Below, piece after piece: positions 1-11,284 of a stretch of DNA of 64,000 nt. The notes beneath the pieces were generated by a model, which had not been told where the DNA came from, did not search any database, and saw only the letters and a list, made by a program, of their open reading frames with translations. Origin of the DNA: a bacterium (GTDB lineage: Bacteria; Desulfobacterota; Binatia; HRBIN30; CADEER01). The stretch's first letter is position 1. The number at the start of each line of letters is the position of its first letter. The position numbers were made by a program, and so were the translations under genes. Where the stretch lies: NCBI GenBank assembly GCA_031401035.1, contig JANNRA010000150.1:6104-70103 (forward strand), in the 5' to 3' direction.

Positions 1-2
1 GC

Positions 3-356
3 CACGGCCTGGCGGCGCTGCGCCTGTCTCCCAATGCTCTGCGGGCGCTGGAAGCGGCGGAGTGGCCGGGCAACGTGCGCGACCTGGCGCACGCCATCGA
101 GCGCGCGGCGATCTACGCGCAGGGCGACGGCCGTCTATTCATCGAGCCGCGCGACCTGTTTCCCGACACGGCACCGGCGGCGGCGGCGGAGCCCGATGAC
201 ACGTTCCAGCGCTCGACGCGACGCTTCCAGGAGACGCTGCTGCGCCGCACGCTCGAGGAAACGGAGTGGAACGTCTCCGAGACGGCGCGCCGGCTCGATC
301 TGACGCGGACGCACATCTACAACCTGGTGCGCGCCTTCGGCATCGAACGAGTCTAG
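3..356 (+). CDS. Sigma-54-dependent Fis-family transcriptional regulator, C-terminal part (runs off window start)
   Basis: Frame open from base 3 reads ...LEAAEWPGNVRDLAHAIERA (WPGNVREL-type motif), then a Fis-type HTH NVSETARRLDLTRTHIYNL. Confidence 0.88.
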   Translation, partial: HGLAALRLSPNALRALEAAEWPGNVRDLAHAIERAAIYAQGDGRLFIEPRDLFPDTAPAAAAEPDDTFQRSTRRFQETLLRRTLEETEWNVSETARRLDLTRTHIYNLVRAFGIERV

Positions 357-379
357 CGGTTCCTGCAGGGCGCGGAACT

Positions 380-1228
380 TTATGGCCAGCCGGCGCCGGG
401 GACGTCGACCTGCAGCGCCTCGATATGGCCGCTGCGGACGCGGCGACTCGACGCCGGGTTGCTGTCGGCCGCCGTGCAGATGAAGAGCGTGCGACGGTCG
501 GCGCCGCCGAGGATGCAGGCGAAAGCCTGCGTCGCCACTGCCACGCGGTCGAGGATGCGGCCGCCGGCGGCGACGCGGACGCACTCGCTGCTGACCGGCG
601 AGGCGAGCCACACCGCGCCCTCGGCGTCGAGGCAGATGCCGTCCGGCGTGCACCCGTCGAGCTTGGCCCACTCGCGCCGATTGGCGAGTCCGCCGTCGGG
701 CGCGATATCGTAGGCGGTCAGGCGCGTGGCGAATGACTCGCCGACGATCAGCGTGCCGCCGTCGGGAGTGATCACCGTGCCGTTCGGAAAGGACAGCTCG
801 CGTGCCACGACGCGGGCAGTGCCGTCGGGCTCGACGAGGATGATCTCGGCGTGGCGGAACGCGAAGTCGGGCTGGTGCAGGTCGAAGCCGAAGTTGCCGA
901 CGTAGGCGCGGCCGGCGGCATCGACGACCATGTCGTTGCAGTGGCAGGTCGCCAGGGCGCTGAGGTCGGCGACCTCGACCAGGCCGGTCGGCTCGAGCCG
1001 CAGCAGGCGGCGGTCGAGCATCGACACCACCAGCAGATGCCCGTCCGGCAGCCAGCCCAACCCCGACGGTTGCTGCGGCACCTCGACGACGGTCTCGGCG
1101 CGGCCGCCGGCGTCGAGGCGCAGGACGCGGTGGTCGTGCATGTCGGAGAACCACAGCGCCCCGTCGTGCCAGCGCGGGCCTTCCGGAAAGCAGAGCCCGT
1201 CGAGCAGCGTCTCGGGTGTGCGCGCCAT
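380..1228 (-). CDS. SMP-30/gluconolactonase/LRE family protein
   Basis: FPEGPRW, CNDMVVD, FPNG and PDGICLDAEG motifs. Confidence 0.9.
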   Translation of the reverse strand: MARTPETLLDGLCFPEGPRWHDGALWFSDMHDHRVLRLDAGGRAETVVEVPQQPSGLGWLPDGHLLVVSMLDRRLLRLEPTGLVEVADLSALATCHCNDMVVDAAGRAYVGNFGFDLHQPDFAFRHAEIILVEPDGTARVVARELSFPNGTVITPDGGTLIVGESFATRLTAYDIAPDGGLANRREWAKLDGCTPDGICLDAEGAVWLASPVSSECVRVAAGGRILDRVAVATQAFACILGGADRRTLFICTAADSNPASSRRVRSGHIEALQVDVPGAGWP

Positions 1229-1249
1229 GTCAGCTCAATACCGGTCAGC

Positions 1250-2251
1250 TCAGCGGTTGACGAAGGCCATCATCGCCTCGGGATAGCGTGTCCCGGCGGC
1301 GGCGCCGAGCGGCGCGATGCGATCGATCTCGGCGCGATCGGCGGCGCTGAGGGGCACCTCGAGCGCGGCGAGGTTCTCGTCGAGATAGGCGCGCCGCTTG
1401 GTGCCGGGGATGGGCACGATGTCGTCGCCCTGCGCCAGCACCCACGCCAGCGCCAGCTGCGAGGCGGTGCAGCCCTTGTCCGCCGCCAGACTGCGGATGC
1501 GTGCCACCAGGGCCAGATTGCGGGTGAAGTTGTCGCCCTGGAAGCGTGGCGAGAAACGGCGATAATCGTCGGCGGCGAGATCCTCGAAGCGCGTCAGCTG
1601 CCCGGTCAGGAAGCCGCGCCCGAGCGGACTGTAGGCAACGAAGCCGACGCCGAGAGCACGACAGGCGGCGAGAATGCCGTCCTCCGGATCGCGGCTCCAC
1701 AATGAGTACTCGCTCTGCAGGGCCGCGATCGGGTGCACGGCGCAGGCGCGTCGCAGCGTCTCCGGGCCGGCCTCGGAGAGGCCGAGGAAACGCACCTTCC
1801 CCTCGGCGACCAGCCGCGCCATGGCGCCGACGGTATCCTCGATCGGCGTCTCGGGATCGACGCGGTGCTGGTAGTAGAGGTCGATCACCTCGACGCCGAG
1901 GCGGCGCAGGCTGCCCTCGCAGGCCTGGCGCACATAGTCCGGCCTCCCGCTGACGCCGCGCACCATCATGTCGGACGGATCGCGCACGATGCCGAACTTG
2001 GTCGCCAACACCACTTCGGCGCGACGGCCGGCGATGGCGCGACCGATCAGTTCCTCGTTGACGAAGGGCCCGTACATGTCGGCCGTGTCGAGGAACGTAC
2101 AACCGCGCTCGAGGGCATGCCGCAGGGTCGCCAGCGACTCCGCCTCGTCGCGCGGCCCGTAGAACTCCGACATGCCCATGCAGCCGAGTCCCAGCGCCGA
2201 CACCGTCAGCCCGCTGCGCCCGAGTTGTGTCGTCTTCATGGTCGGCTCCAT
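1250..2251 (-). CDS. Aldo/keto reductase
   Basis: [36 protein letters not shown]; start at 2251 overlaps upstream stop (alternative start 2239). Confidence 0.93.
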   Translation of the reverse strand: MEPTMKTTQLGRSGLTVSALGLGCMGMSEFYGPRDEAESLATLRHALERGCTFLDTADMYGPFVNEELIGRAIAGRRAEVVLATKFGIVRDPSDMMVRGVSGRPDYVRQACEGSLRRLGVEVIDLYYQHRVDPETPIEDTVGAMARLVAEGKVRFLGLSEAGPETLRRACAVHPIAALQSEYSLWSRDPEDGILAACRALGVGFVAYSPLGRGFLTGQLTRFEDLAADDYRRFSPRFQGDNFTRNLALVARIRSLAADKGCTASQLALAWVLAQGDDIVPIPGTKRRAYLDENLAALEVPLSAADRAEIDRIAPLGAAAGTRYPEAMMAFVNR

Positions 2252-3042
2252 CAGTCCTTCTCGATCAACAGGCTCTGTACCGCCCGCCCGATCGGCCCCT
2301 GCTCGTCGTACAGGCGGCTCTCCGCCATGCCCACCCCGATCGCTTCCGGCCGCGTCACCGCCTCCAGACACACCCACTCGCCGATCGGATAGCGATGCAG
2401 GTAGATGGTCAGGTCCGGATTGATGAAGCGATACCCGTCCATGCGGTTCAGCACCCAGCTGATGCCGTTGCCGAAATCCGCCGCCGCCGCGACGCGGCAG
2501 AGCGGCGAGACGGCCTCGCCGGCGACGAGCGGCACGCGCAGGCGGATCCAGTCCACCGCCGGGCCGGGCGCGGCAAACCCGCCGACGACGAAGCGGTGCT
2601 CCACCGCGTCGCTATGGAAGGCGCGGACGCTGGCGACGCCGCTCCACGGCGCCAGGCTGGCGCTGCCGCTGTCCGGTCCCGGCGGCGGTGCCAGGAGCTC
2701 CACGTCGGCCGGCATCGGCACCGCGACGCGGCGTAGGCGCAGCGCCGTGCAACGCGCCACTTCGCTCTCGCCGTGCCACAGCGCCGCTTCGACAAGCTGG
2801 ACCTTGCGGCCGGGTCGGATGACGCGCGTCCGCACCTGCAGCGGCGCCAGCGGCACCGGGCGCAGCAGCTCGATCGTCAATCGTGCCACATGCATCGCCG
2901 CGCCGCCCTCCGCCTGCTCGACACAGCGCGCCAGCAGCGCCGCCGGCGCCCCGCCGTGTTGGGCGTCCGGCGACCAGGGCCCACGGGCCAGCTCGCCGGG
3001 CACGAAGCGCTCAGCGGCGCGGCTGAAGATCGCCTCGGTCAT
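2251..3042 (-). CDS. Acyl-CoA thioesterase-like double hot-dog protein
   Basis: [19 protein letters not shown] and [12 protein letters not shown] motifs. Confidence 0.85.
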   Translation of the reverse strand: MTEAIFSRAAERFVPGELARGPWSPDAQHGGAPAALLARCVEQAEGGAAMHVARLTIELLRPVPLAPLQVRTRVIRPGRKVQLVEAALWHGESEVARCTALRLRRVAVPMPADVELLAPPPGPDSGSASLAPWSGVASVRAFHSDAVEHRFVVGGFAAPGPAVDWIRLRVPLVAGEAVSPLCRVAAAADFGNGISWVLNRMDGYRFINPDLTIYLHRYPIGEWVCLEAVTRPEAIGVGMAESRLYDEQGPIGRAVQSLLIEKD

Positions 3043-3057
3043 GCGCGCCGTGCGCGC

Positions 3058-3261
3058 TCAGCGGCCGCGCCCGAAGAGGTAGTACAATACGGCGCTGCCG
3101 ACGATGGCGGCGGCGCCGCCGCCGAACCACTCCCAGAGGTGATGCGGCGCGCCGTCGGTGCTGACGTAGGCGTTGATCCAGGCACCGGCGAAGAGCAGCC
3201 CGAGGATCAGGAGGGCGGCGATGACCAGGGTGCCGTATTCGGGAGACCCGCGATCCGTCAT
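3058..3261 (-). CDS. Small two-helix membrane protein, hypothetical
   Basis: Two hydrophobic segments; GGAGGG SD upstream; co-oriented with neighbours. Confidence 0.6.
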   Translation of the reverse strand: MTDRGSPEYGTLVIAALLILGLLFAGAWINAYVSTDGAPHHLWEWFGGGAAAIVGSAVLYYLFGRGR

Positions 3262-3279
3262 GCCGCCCTCCGCCTTGTC

Positions 3280-3561
3280 TCAGTTGTTCTCGTTCTCGTT
3301 CTCGCGCACCGCTTCGCGCGGCACAACGAGCGTGCAGTTGGCCAGATCGGCCGAGCACTTGGCGACGTTCTGCTTGCACGCGTCGTCGATGCACTGCACC
3401 GCCGCGCGCTTCATCAGATCGGCGCTGGCCTTGGTCTCCATGGTCACCTTGAGCCCTTCGGCGAGATACACCGGCAGGGTCCACTTGAAGGCGTCGGCCG
3501 CCGCGGCTGCCCCCGCGACCAACAACACGCCCGCCAGCACTGTGCGTCTGATCATCGACAT
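3280..3561 (-). CDS. Small secreted hypothetical protein with 4 Cys
   Basis: Signal-peptide-like MSMIRRTVLAGVLLVAGAAAAA; GAGGGG SD upstream of ATG 3561. Confidence 0.6.
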   Translation of the reverse strand: MSMIRRTVLAGVLLVAGAAAAADAFKWTLPVYLAEGLKVTMETKASADLMKRAAVQCIDDACKQNVAKCSADLANCTLVVPREAVRENENENN

Positions 3562-3661
3562 TGGAGCCCCCTCTGGTTGGATGGTTGCCGGCAGGCTGTA
3601 GTGCGCTGGCGGTAGGGCCGTCAATGGCCCCGTCCGGTGGGTGGTCGGTGCCGCGCCCGCC

Positions 3662-4399
3662 TCAGGCGGGGCGTTCGGCACAGGCGAGCAGCGCCAGGCC
3701 GCCGAAGCGCGCCAGGAAATCGAGCCGGCGCGCCACCGGAACGAAGGCATTGAACAGCCGCGCCGAGCGCACGTCGAGGCGGCGGGCGCGCAGCAGCTTG
3801 GCGGACACGATCCAGCCGGGAATGGCGAGGGGGTTGAAGTTGCGCAGCGCGACGATGCGCAGACCCGCCTGCGTCAGGCGCGCGGAGAGTCCCGCCCGGT
3901 CGTAGCGGCGGAAGTGGCCGTAGGTCTGGTCGAGGCTGCCGAACAGCGCCGGGTAGTTCGGCACCTGTAGGACCAACCGGCCGCCGGGCGGCAGCAGGTC
4001 GCGCAGACCGGCGAGCACCGCGGCGTCGTCCTCGAGATGCTCGAGGACGTTGAGGCAGACGATGGTGTCGACGGGACGGACGACCGCGTAGGGTCGCTGC
4101 ATCAGATCGAGCAGTTGGAAGGCGACGGTGGGCCGCGTCGCGAAGCGCGCCCGCAGGTGGGCCAGGTAGGCGGGGTGGTGGTCGGAGAGGATGACCGGCG
4201 TCCCGCGTTCGACCAGATAGCGCGACACCACGCCGACGCCGCTGCCGACCTCGAGCAGCGACTGCCCGAGATAGGGCGCGATGAGCTCGTAGGCCCAGGC
4301 GTAGTTACGCTCCATGGCCCCCTCGAGCATGAGCAGCTCGTCGATGAGCACCTGATCGGTGGCCGCGATCGGCACGGCGGGCTGGGCGTCGGTCGACAT
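3662..4399 (-). CDS. Class I SAM-dependent methyltransferase
   Basis: LLEVGSGVG motif I, CLNVLEHLEDD, GHFRRY. Confidence 0.88.
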   Translation of the reverse strand: MSTDAQPAVPIAATDQVLIDELLMLEGAMERNYAWAYELIAPYLGQSLLEVGSGVGVVSRYLVERGTPVILSDHHPAYLAHLRARFATRPTVAFQLLDLMQRPYAVVRPVDTIVCLNVLEHLEDDAAVLAGLRDLLPPGGRLVLQVPNYPALFGSLDQTYGHFRRYDRAGLSARLTQAGLRIVALRNFNPLAIPGWIVSAKLLRARRLDVRSARLFNAFVPVARRLDFLARFGGLALLACAERPA

Positions 4400-4417
4400 T
4401 GTGGCGTCAGACTGGCG

Positions 4418-5356
4418 TCAGGTGCGGCGGCGCGCGAAGACGATCATCTTGGTCAACGGGTTGAGGTAGATCTGCATGGAACCGAGGCCGACGGCGATGA
4501 CGGCGCGGCGCAGGGCGCCGAAGAGCGGCTCGTTGTACAGCGTAAGGCGGTCGAGCAGGAAGGCCAGGTCGAAGGTGTGGCCGATCGAACGGATCGACAG
4601 CACCTCGAAGCCGTGCTTCGCCAGGACGTCGCGCATGGTCTGCCGACCGAAGAAGAACAGGTGCTCGCGGGTGCGCCGGAAGTCCTCCAACCGTTTGCCG
4701 ATCAGGCGCGAGGTCCAGCTCTCCGCGTCGACGGTCGAGAGCACCAGGACGCCGTGCGGCGCCAGCCCTTCGCGCAGGCGATCGAGGGCGCTGAAGGGAT
4801 CGCGCAGGTGTTCGATGACGTCGAACAGCACCGCCGCGTCGAGCCCGCCGGGCGCCAGATCGGCGCGCTCGAGCGCGCCGCTGGCGATGGGAAAGGCGTA
4901 CTTGCGGCGGAGCCGCTCGACGGCGTGCGGGTTGAACTCGAGGCCGCTGACGTCGAAGTTCTCCTCGAACGCGACGTCGAGGAAGTAGCCGAAGCCGCAC
5001 CCGACCTCGAGCAGGCGCGGTCGGCGGGCGCCGACCGGCGGCAGCAGGTGCGTGATCTCGCGCGCGATGTCCGCATACTGCGGCTGCTTGTTGAAGCGCT
5101 CGGAGACGTAGTCGGCGTAGCCGAACAGGGCGTCGTTGCCGCCGCCCAGGAACTGCTCGTTCTGGAAGTACGTCTCGCCGTACACGGCGCGCGTCTCCTC
5201 CTCGCTCGGCAGCGGGTGGATGAAGAGCAGCCCGCAGCCGACGCAACGCAGGATCTGCTGGGCGCCGAAGTCGTAGCGCGACGTGCTGCGCTCGCTGCCG
5301 CAACTGGCGCAGCGCGGCGGCACCGCGGACGGCAGGGGGACGGTGGTCGCGGTCAT
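4418..5356 (-). CDS. Class I SAM-dependent methyltransferase with N-terminal CxxC...CxxC zinc ribbon
   Basis: CASCGS...CVGCG, LLEVGCGFG, FDVIEHLRDP; ATG 5356 overlaps the stop of the YfhO-like gene. Confidence 0.88.
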   Translation of the reverse strand: MTATTVPLPSAVPPRCASCGSERSTSRYDFGAQQILRCVGCGLLFIHPLPSEEETRAVYGETYFQNEQFLGGGNDALFGYADYVSERFNKQPQYADIAREITHLLPPVGARRPRLLEVGCGFGYFLDVAFEENFDVSGLEFNPHAVERLRRKYAFPIASGALERADLAPGGLDAAVLFDVIEHLRDPFSALDRLREGLAPHGVLVLSTVDAESWTSRLIGKRLEDFRRTREHLFFFGRQTMRDVLAKHGFEVLSIRSIGHTFDLAFLLDRLTLYNEPLFGALRRAVIAVGLGSMQIYLNPLTKMIVFARRRT

Positions 5357-7620
5357 AAAGGTGACGGGCCTGGCGGTGACGGCTCCGCGTGAGGTCGGCT
5401 GCGCACCCAGACCAGCACAATCAGCAGGGCGGTCGCCAGCGAAACGAGCCCGCCGACGCGCAGACTGGGCGGGCGGTAGCGGAACACCACCTGGCTGCGT
5501 CCGGCGGGCACGGCGACGAGGCGGAAGGCGTGATTGGCGCGCAGGATCTCGGTAGCGGTGCCGTTCACCTGCGCGCTCCAGCCGGGCGCATACTGATCGG
5601 CCAGGTACAGATAGCCGGGGGCGTCGGCCGAGACGGCGACCGTCACTTCCTGCGGCTCGTTGCCGACGATCGACGCCGTCCCGGTGCCGTCGCCGCCGCC
5701 GCCCGTCCACGCCGTCGCGTCGGCGACGCCCACCAGGGCCAGCGCGCGCGGATCGACGCGCCCCTCGGCCAGCATCGGCAGGACCAACGCGTCGGGCACG
5801 CGCGCCAGACTGGGCACGTAGAAGGCGCGCGGCAGCGCACTGGGGTTGGTGTAGACGCGCAGGGCGCCGGCCTCGAAAAGCAGCCGCACCGAGTCGCGCA
5901 GCACCTCGCGCGTGCGGTCGACGTCGCGGTGGACGACGATGTAGCGAGCCGCCGTCAGGTCGAACAGGCGCCGATTGAACGTCGGCGGCATCAGCCCTTC
6001 GTAGAAACGGTACCAGTCGTAGACCGAGGTCATGGGCCGCCCGAGCCGCATGTAGGTGAAGTACTGCGCGTAGCGCAGCGCGGCCTGCGGCTCGTAGTCG
6101 AAGATCGCCGGCAGGCGGAAGAGCGTGGCGCTCTTGGCGATGAGCGCCCAATCGACGTCCATGCCGACCTGTTTGCCGATGAGAAAGACCCGATCGTTCG
6201 GCGTCAGCATGCCGCGCACGCTCGCCAACACCGCCGCCTCACCGCCGTAGATGTCGCCGACGCGGTGGTTGAGGAACGGCGTCGCGCCGACCAGCAGCCC
6301 GTTGCCGCCGAGCACCAGGGCGACGACCAACCCGGCCAGCGCGAGCAGCGGCCGCCGACTCCAGGCCCCCGCGGCGGCGACGGCGGCGGCGACCGCCGCC
6401 AGCATGCCGATCTCCGCCTCGGTGACGCCGTCGGGCGAGACCCACCAGAACAGCCCGCTGCCCGCCGCGACGGCGGCCACGGAGGCCACCAGGGCGAGGC
6501 CGCGATGGCGTTGATCGCCGCGCGTGACCGCCTCGACGCCGAGTCCGGCGAGCATCGCCAGGGCGAAGCTGGTGACCCACAGAAAGCGATCGGGGCCGCG
6601 GAACGCGCTCCCCATCGGCAGGCGTTGGTAGAGCGCGAACAGCGGCGTCGCGTCGCCGACCGCGAGGGCGACGTAGAGGATGCAGATGAGGATGTAAAAG
6701 ATCGCCAGGCGGCGCGTGGCGGCGTGCAGCAGGCCGAGGACGGCGACGGAGGCCAGGGCCGGCGTGAGAATCATGCCCGGATACAAGAAGCGCGCCGCCA
6801 TCGTCTCACGGACGGCGACGAGATCGACGCCGGCGCCGATCTCGTCCGGTCGCAACGGCAGCGTCCGCACCGAGTCGCGCGCCACCTCGAGCGACGGCCA
6901 CAGCTGCACCGCCGCCAGCAGGACCGGCAGGATCATCCCCAGACCGAGCAGGGCGAGCACGCCGGCCGGGCCCGGCACGCGGGCCGTCGCGAACTGCCAG
7001 ACGACCCGCATGGCGATGACCTGATAGGTGAAGAGGTTGATCTGCGGAAAGCCCGGCAGCAACTGCAGCGTCAACACGACGCCGAGCAGGATGGCGGAGC
7101 GCGCGGTGGGGAGGCGCAGCAGGCGTTCGACGCCCGCCAGCGCCGCCGGCATCCAGGCGTACGCACCGATGTGCATCGGGCTCCAGGACGCCATCATGAG
7201 CGCCGTGCCGCCGAGTTCGAACGCCAGCGCGGCGGCCAGCGCCGACGAGGCGGACCACCCCATCTCGCGTCCGAGCCACCAGGCGCCCGCGCCGGCGATG
7301 CTCAGGTTCAGCACGATGCTGGCCAGCAACGCCGGCTCGCGCGGCAGCACCGCGAAGACCAGGTTCACCGGGTAGAGCAACCCGGTGACGCTGAAGGCGA
7401 AGAACGGCTGCCCGCAGTTCTGGTACGGGTTCCACAGCAGGCCGGTGCCGCGCTGCAGGCTCTCCACTGCGTAGCGCGCGTTGGGATAGAAATACGCGTA
7501 GATATCGAAGGCGGCGAGGCCGGCGCCCTGCTCGGCGCCGGGTTGGATGACCGCCAGCGCGTAGTACGCCGCCGCGGCGATCACCGCGGCGGCGCACAGT
7601 ACGGTGCTGACGCGACGCAT
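5353..7620 (-). CDS. YfhO-family polytopic membrane protein (GT-C-like glycosyltransferase)
   Basis: LWNPYQNCGQP near the N-terminus, many TM helices, C-terminal YAPGWSAQVNG...ANHAFRLVAVPAG. Confidence 0.82.
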   Translation of the reverse strand: MRRVSTVLCAAAVIAAAAYYALAVIQPGAEQGAGLAAFDIYAYFYPNARYAVESLQRGTGLLWNPYQNCGQPFFAFSVTGLLYPVNLVFAVLPREPALLASIVLNLSIAGAGAWWLGREMGWSASSALAAALAFELGGTALMMASWSPMHIGAYAWMPAALAGVERLLRLPTARSAILLGVVLTLQLLPGFPQINLFTYQVIAMRVVWQFATARVPGPAGVLALLGLGMILPVLLAAVQLWPSLEVARDSVRTLPLRPDEIGAGVDLVAVRETMAARFLYPGMILTPALASVAVLGLLHAATRRLAIFYILICILYVALAVGDATPLFALYQRLPMGSAFRGPDRFLWVTSFALAMLAGLGVEAVTRGDQRHRGLALVASVAAVAAGSGLFWWVSPDGVTEAEIGMLAAVAAAVAAAGAWSRRPLLALAGLVVALVLGGNGLLVGATPFLNHRVGDIYGGEAAVLASVRGMLTPNDRVFLIGKQVGMDVDWALIAKSATLFRLPAIFDYEPQAALRYAQYFTYMRLGRPMTSVYDWYRFYEGLMPPTFNRRLFDLTAARYIVVHRDVDRTREVLRDSVRLLFEAGALRVYTNPSALPRAFYVPSLARVPDALVLPMLAEGRVDPRALALVGVADATAWTGGGGDGTGTASIVGNEPQEVTVAVSADAPGYLYLADQYAPGWSAQVNGTATEILRANHAFRLVAVPAGRSQVVFRYRPPSLRVGGLVSLATALLIVLVWVRSRPHAEPSPPGPSPL

Positions 7621-7742
7621 CAGTGCGCTGGACTCGCCGCCGCATCGGCCGCGCTGCCCGGCCAGCGGACGGTGTGTTTCGTCGCACGCATGTGGGCTGG
7701 CCTACCATCCCCACGGGGCCCCTGCTAAGGGTCCGCGATCGC

Positions 7743-9460
<1,718 letters not shown>

Positions 9461-9464
<4 letters not shown>

Positions 9465-10237
9465 GCATGTTGTCGCTGCTCGGTGCCCCGCAGGGGCAGA
9501 TGAAGGCGCGGCTGATCTTCGCGCTCGACGTCGCCTCGGTGCAGGAGGCGCTGGCGTTGGTCGACCTGCTGCGCGACGAGGTCGGCATGTTCAAGGTCGG
9601 CAAGCAGCTCTTCCTGCACGCCGGGCCGGAGATCATTCGCCAGATCAAGGCGCGCGGCGCCGAGGTCTTCCTCGACCTCAAGTTCCACGACATCCCGCGC
9701 ACCGTCGCCAAGGCGAGCGCCGAGGCAACGCGGCTCGGCGTGCGCCTGCTCGACCTGCACGCCTCGGGCAGTGTCGCGATGATGAAGCAGACCATCGCCG
9801 AGGTGAACAAGATCTCGCGCACCGAGCATCTGGTGCGGCCGAAGCTGCTGGCGGTGACGGTGCTGACCAGCCTCACCCAGGACGACATGAAGCATATCGG
9901 CGTGCGCAGCGGCGTCGAATCGCAGGTGGTGCGCCTCGCCCGCCTGGCGCGCGAGGCGGGCATGGACGGCGTCGTCGCCTCGCCGCTCGAAGTGGCGCGC
10001 ATCCGTAAGGAGTGCGGCCGCCGCTTCCTCATCGTCACCCCCGGCATCCGCCCGCCGAAGGGCGCGCTCGACGACCAGAAGCGCGTCATGACGCCCGAGG
10101 CGGCGATACGCGCCGGCGCCAACTATCTCGTCGTCGGTAGCCCGATCCGCGACGCCGCCGACCCGGCCGCCGCCGCGCGCGCCATCGTCGAGGCGATGGA
10201 TCGTGGCGCCGGCATCGCCGCGACGCGGCGCGCCTGA
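9461..10237 (+). CDS. pyrF: Orotidine-5'-phosphate decarboxylase
   Basis: IFALD, FKVG, FLDLKFHDIPRTV, VTPGIRP; ATGA overlap with proS. Confidence 0.96.
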
Positions 10238-10309
10238 GCGGCGCACGGTCCCCCGCGAGGGCGCCGCGTCGCGGCGCCGCAGCCAGCGGGGACCCGCTCC
10301 GCACGGCGC

Positions 10310-10723
10310 TCAGCGCGGCCGCAGCAGCACGACGGGAATGTTGCGCGTGGTGCCCGACTGGTACTCGTCGTAGCCGGGCCATTGTGCCGTCATGATCGGC
10401 CAGACGCGCGCCTTGTCCGCGGCCGTCCCGGTGCGCGCGGTGACGGGAATGACGTCGCCGCGCACCTGGATCTTCGCCTCGGGGTTGGCGACCAGATTCA
10501 GGTACCACGCCGGGTTGGTCGGCGCGCCGCCCTTCGACGCCACGATCACGTAGTCGGCGCCATCGCGCCCGTAGATGAGCGGCAGCTTGCGCGTCTCGCC
10601 GGACTTGCGGCCGGCAGTGTGCAGGATTAGGCAGCTCGTCCCGTTCCAGTCGTGGCCGACCGCGCCAGCGGTCGCTTCGTATTGGCGGACGTGCTCGTCT
10701 CCGAACAGGCTGTAGTCAGGCAT
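10310..10723 (-). CDS. Deazaflavin (F420)-dependent nitroreductase family protein (Ddn-like)
   Basis: TAGRKSG, VASKGG..NPAWYLNLVANP, YQSGTTRNIPVV. Confidence 0.9.
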   Translation of the reverse strand: MPDYSLFGDEHVRQYEATAGAVGHDWNGTSCLILHTAGRKSGETRKLPLIYGRDGADYVIVASKGGAPTNPAWYLNLVANPEAKIQVRGDVIPVTARTGTAADKARVWPIMTAQWPGYDEYQSGTTRNIPVVLLRPR

Positions 10724-10838
10724 GCAGTGGAACGTGCCATGTTCGTGCTCGCTTGGCGACCCCGACCCTCAGGCGCGCCAGGGGTCGACGTCGGGCGCGG
10801 GCTGGAGACCGGCCGTCCGATATGGTGAATCCCCTCGC

Positions 10839-11261
10839 ATGACCGACGATCGCGTTACGCGACTCAACGACTTCGGACGGAGCCGGCTGCCGGGGATGCT
10901 CGGTCTGGAGATCCTCACCTGCACGGCGCAGGAGGTGACCGGGCGCATCCCCGTCAGCGCGCCGCTCATCGCCGGCACGGGCTTCCTCTGGGCGCCGGTG
11001 GTGATCGCGCTGGCCGACACGCTGTGCGCCTACGGCGCCGGCGAGGCGCGGCCGCCGGAGGCGCGCAGCTTCACGACGGTGGAGCTGAAGACGAACTTTC
11101 TCGGCACGGTGGCGGAGGGCGGTGCCATCTTCGGGCGCGCCACGCCGGCGCACCTGGGACGCACCACACAGGTGTGGGACGCGACGATCAGCGACGAGGG
11201 GAACGGACGTACGATCGCGCTGTTCCGCTGCACGCAGCTGGTGCTGTACGCGAAGGGATGA
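10839..11261 (+). CDS. PaaI-family thioesterase
   Basis: Hot-dog motifs ALADTLCAYG, TTVELKTNFL, HLGRTTQVW. Confidence 0.88.
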   Translation: MTDDRVTRLNDFGRSRLPGMLGLEILTCTAQEVTGRIPVSAPLIAGTGFLWAPVVIALADTLCAYGAGEARPPEARSFTTVELKTNFLGTVAEGGAIFGRATPAHLGRTTQVWDATISDEGNGRTIALFRCTQLVLYAKG

Positions 11262-11284
11262 GGTCGGGAGGGCGCTGCGCGGGG

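Noticed and set aside
3283-3304. GTTCTC microrepeat
   Set aside because: Encodes a low-complexity ENENENN tail; too short to suggest phase variation
4418-6151. 577-aa version of the methyltransferase ORF
   Set aside because: The upstream part overlaps the YfhO-like gene out of frame; ATG 5356 gives a clean translational coupling
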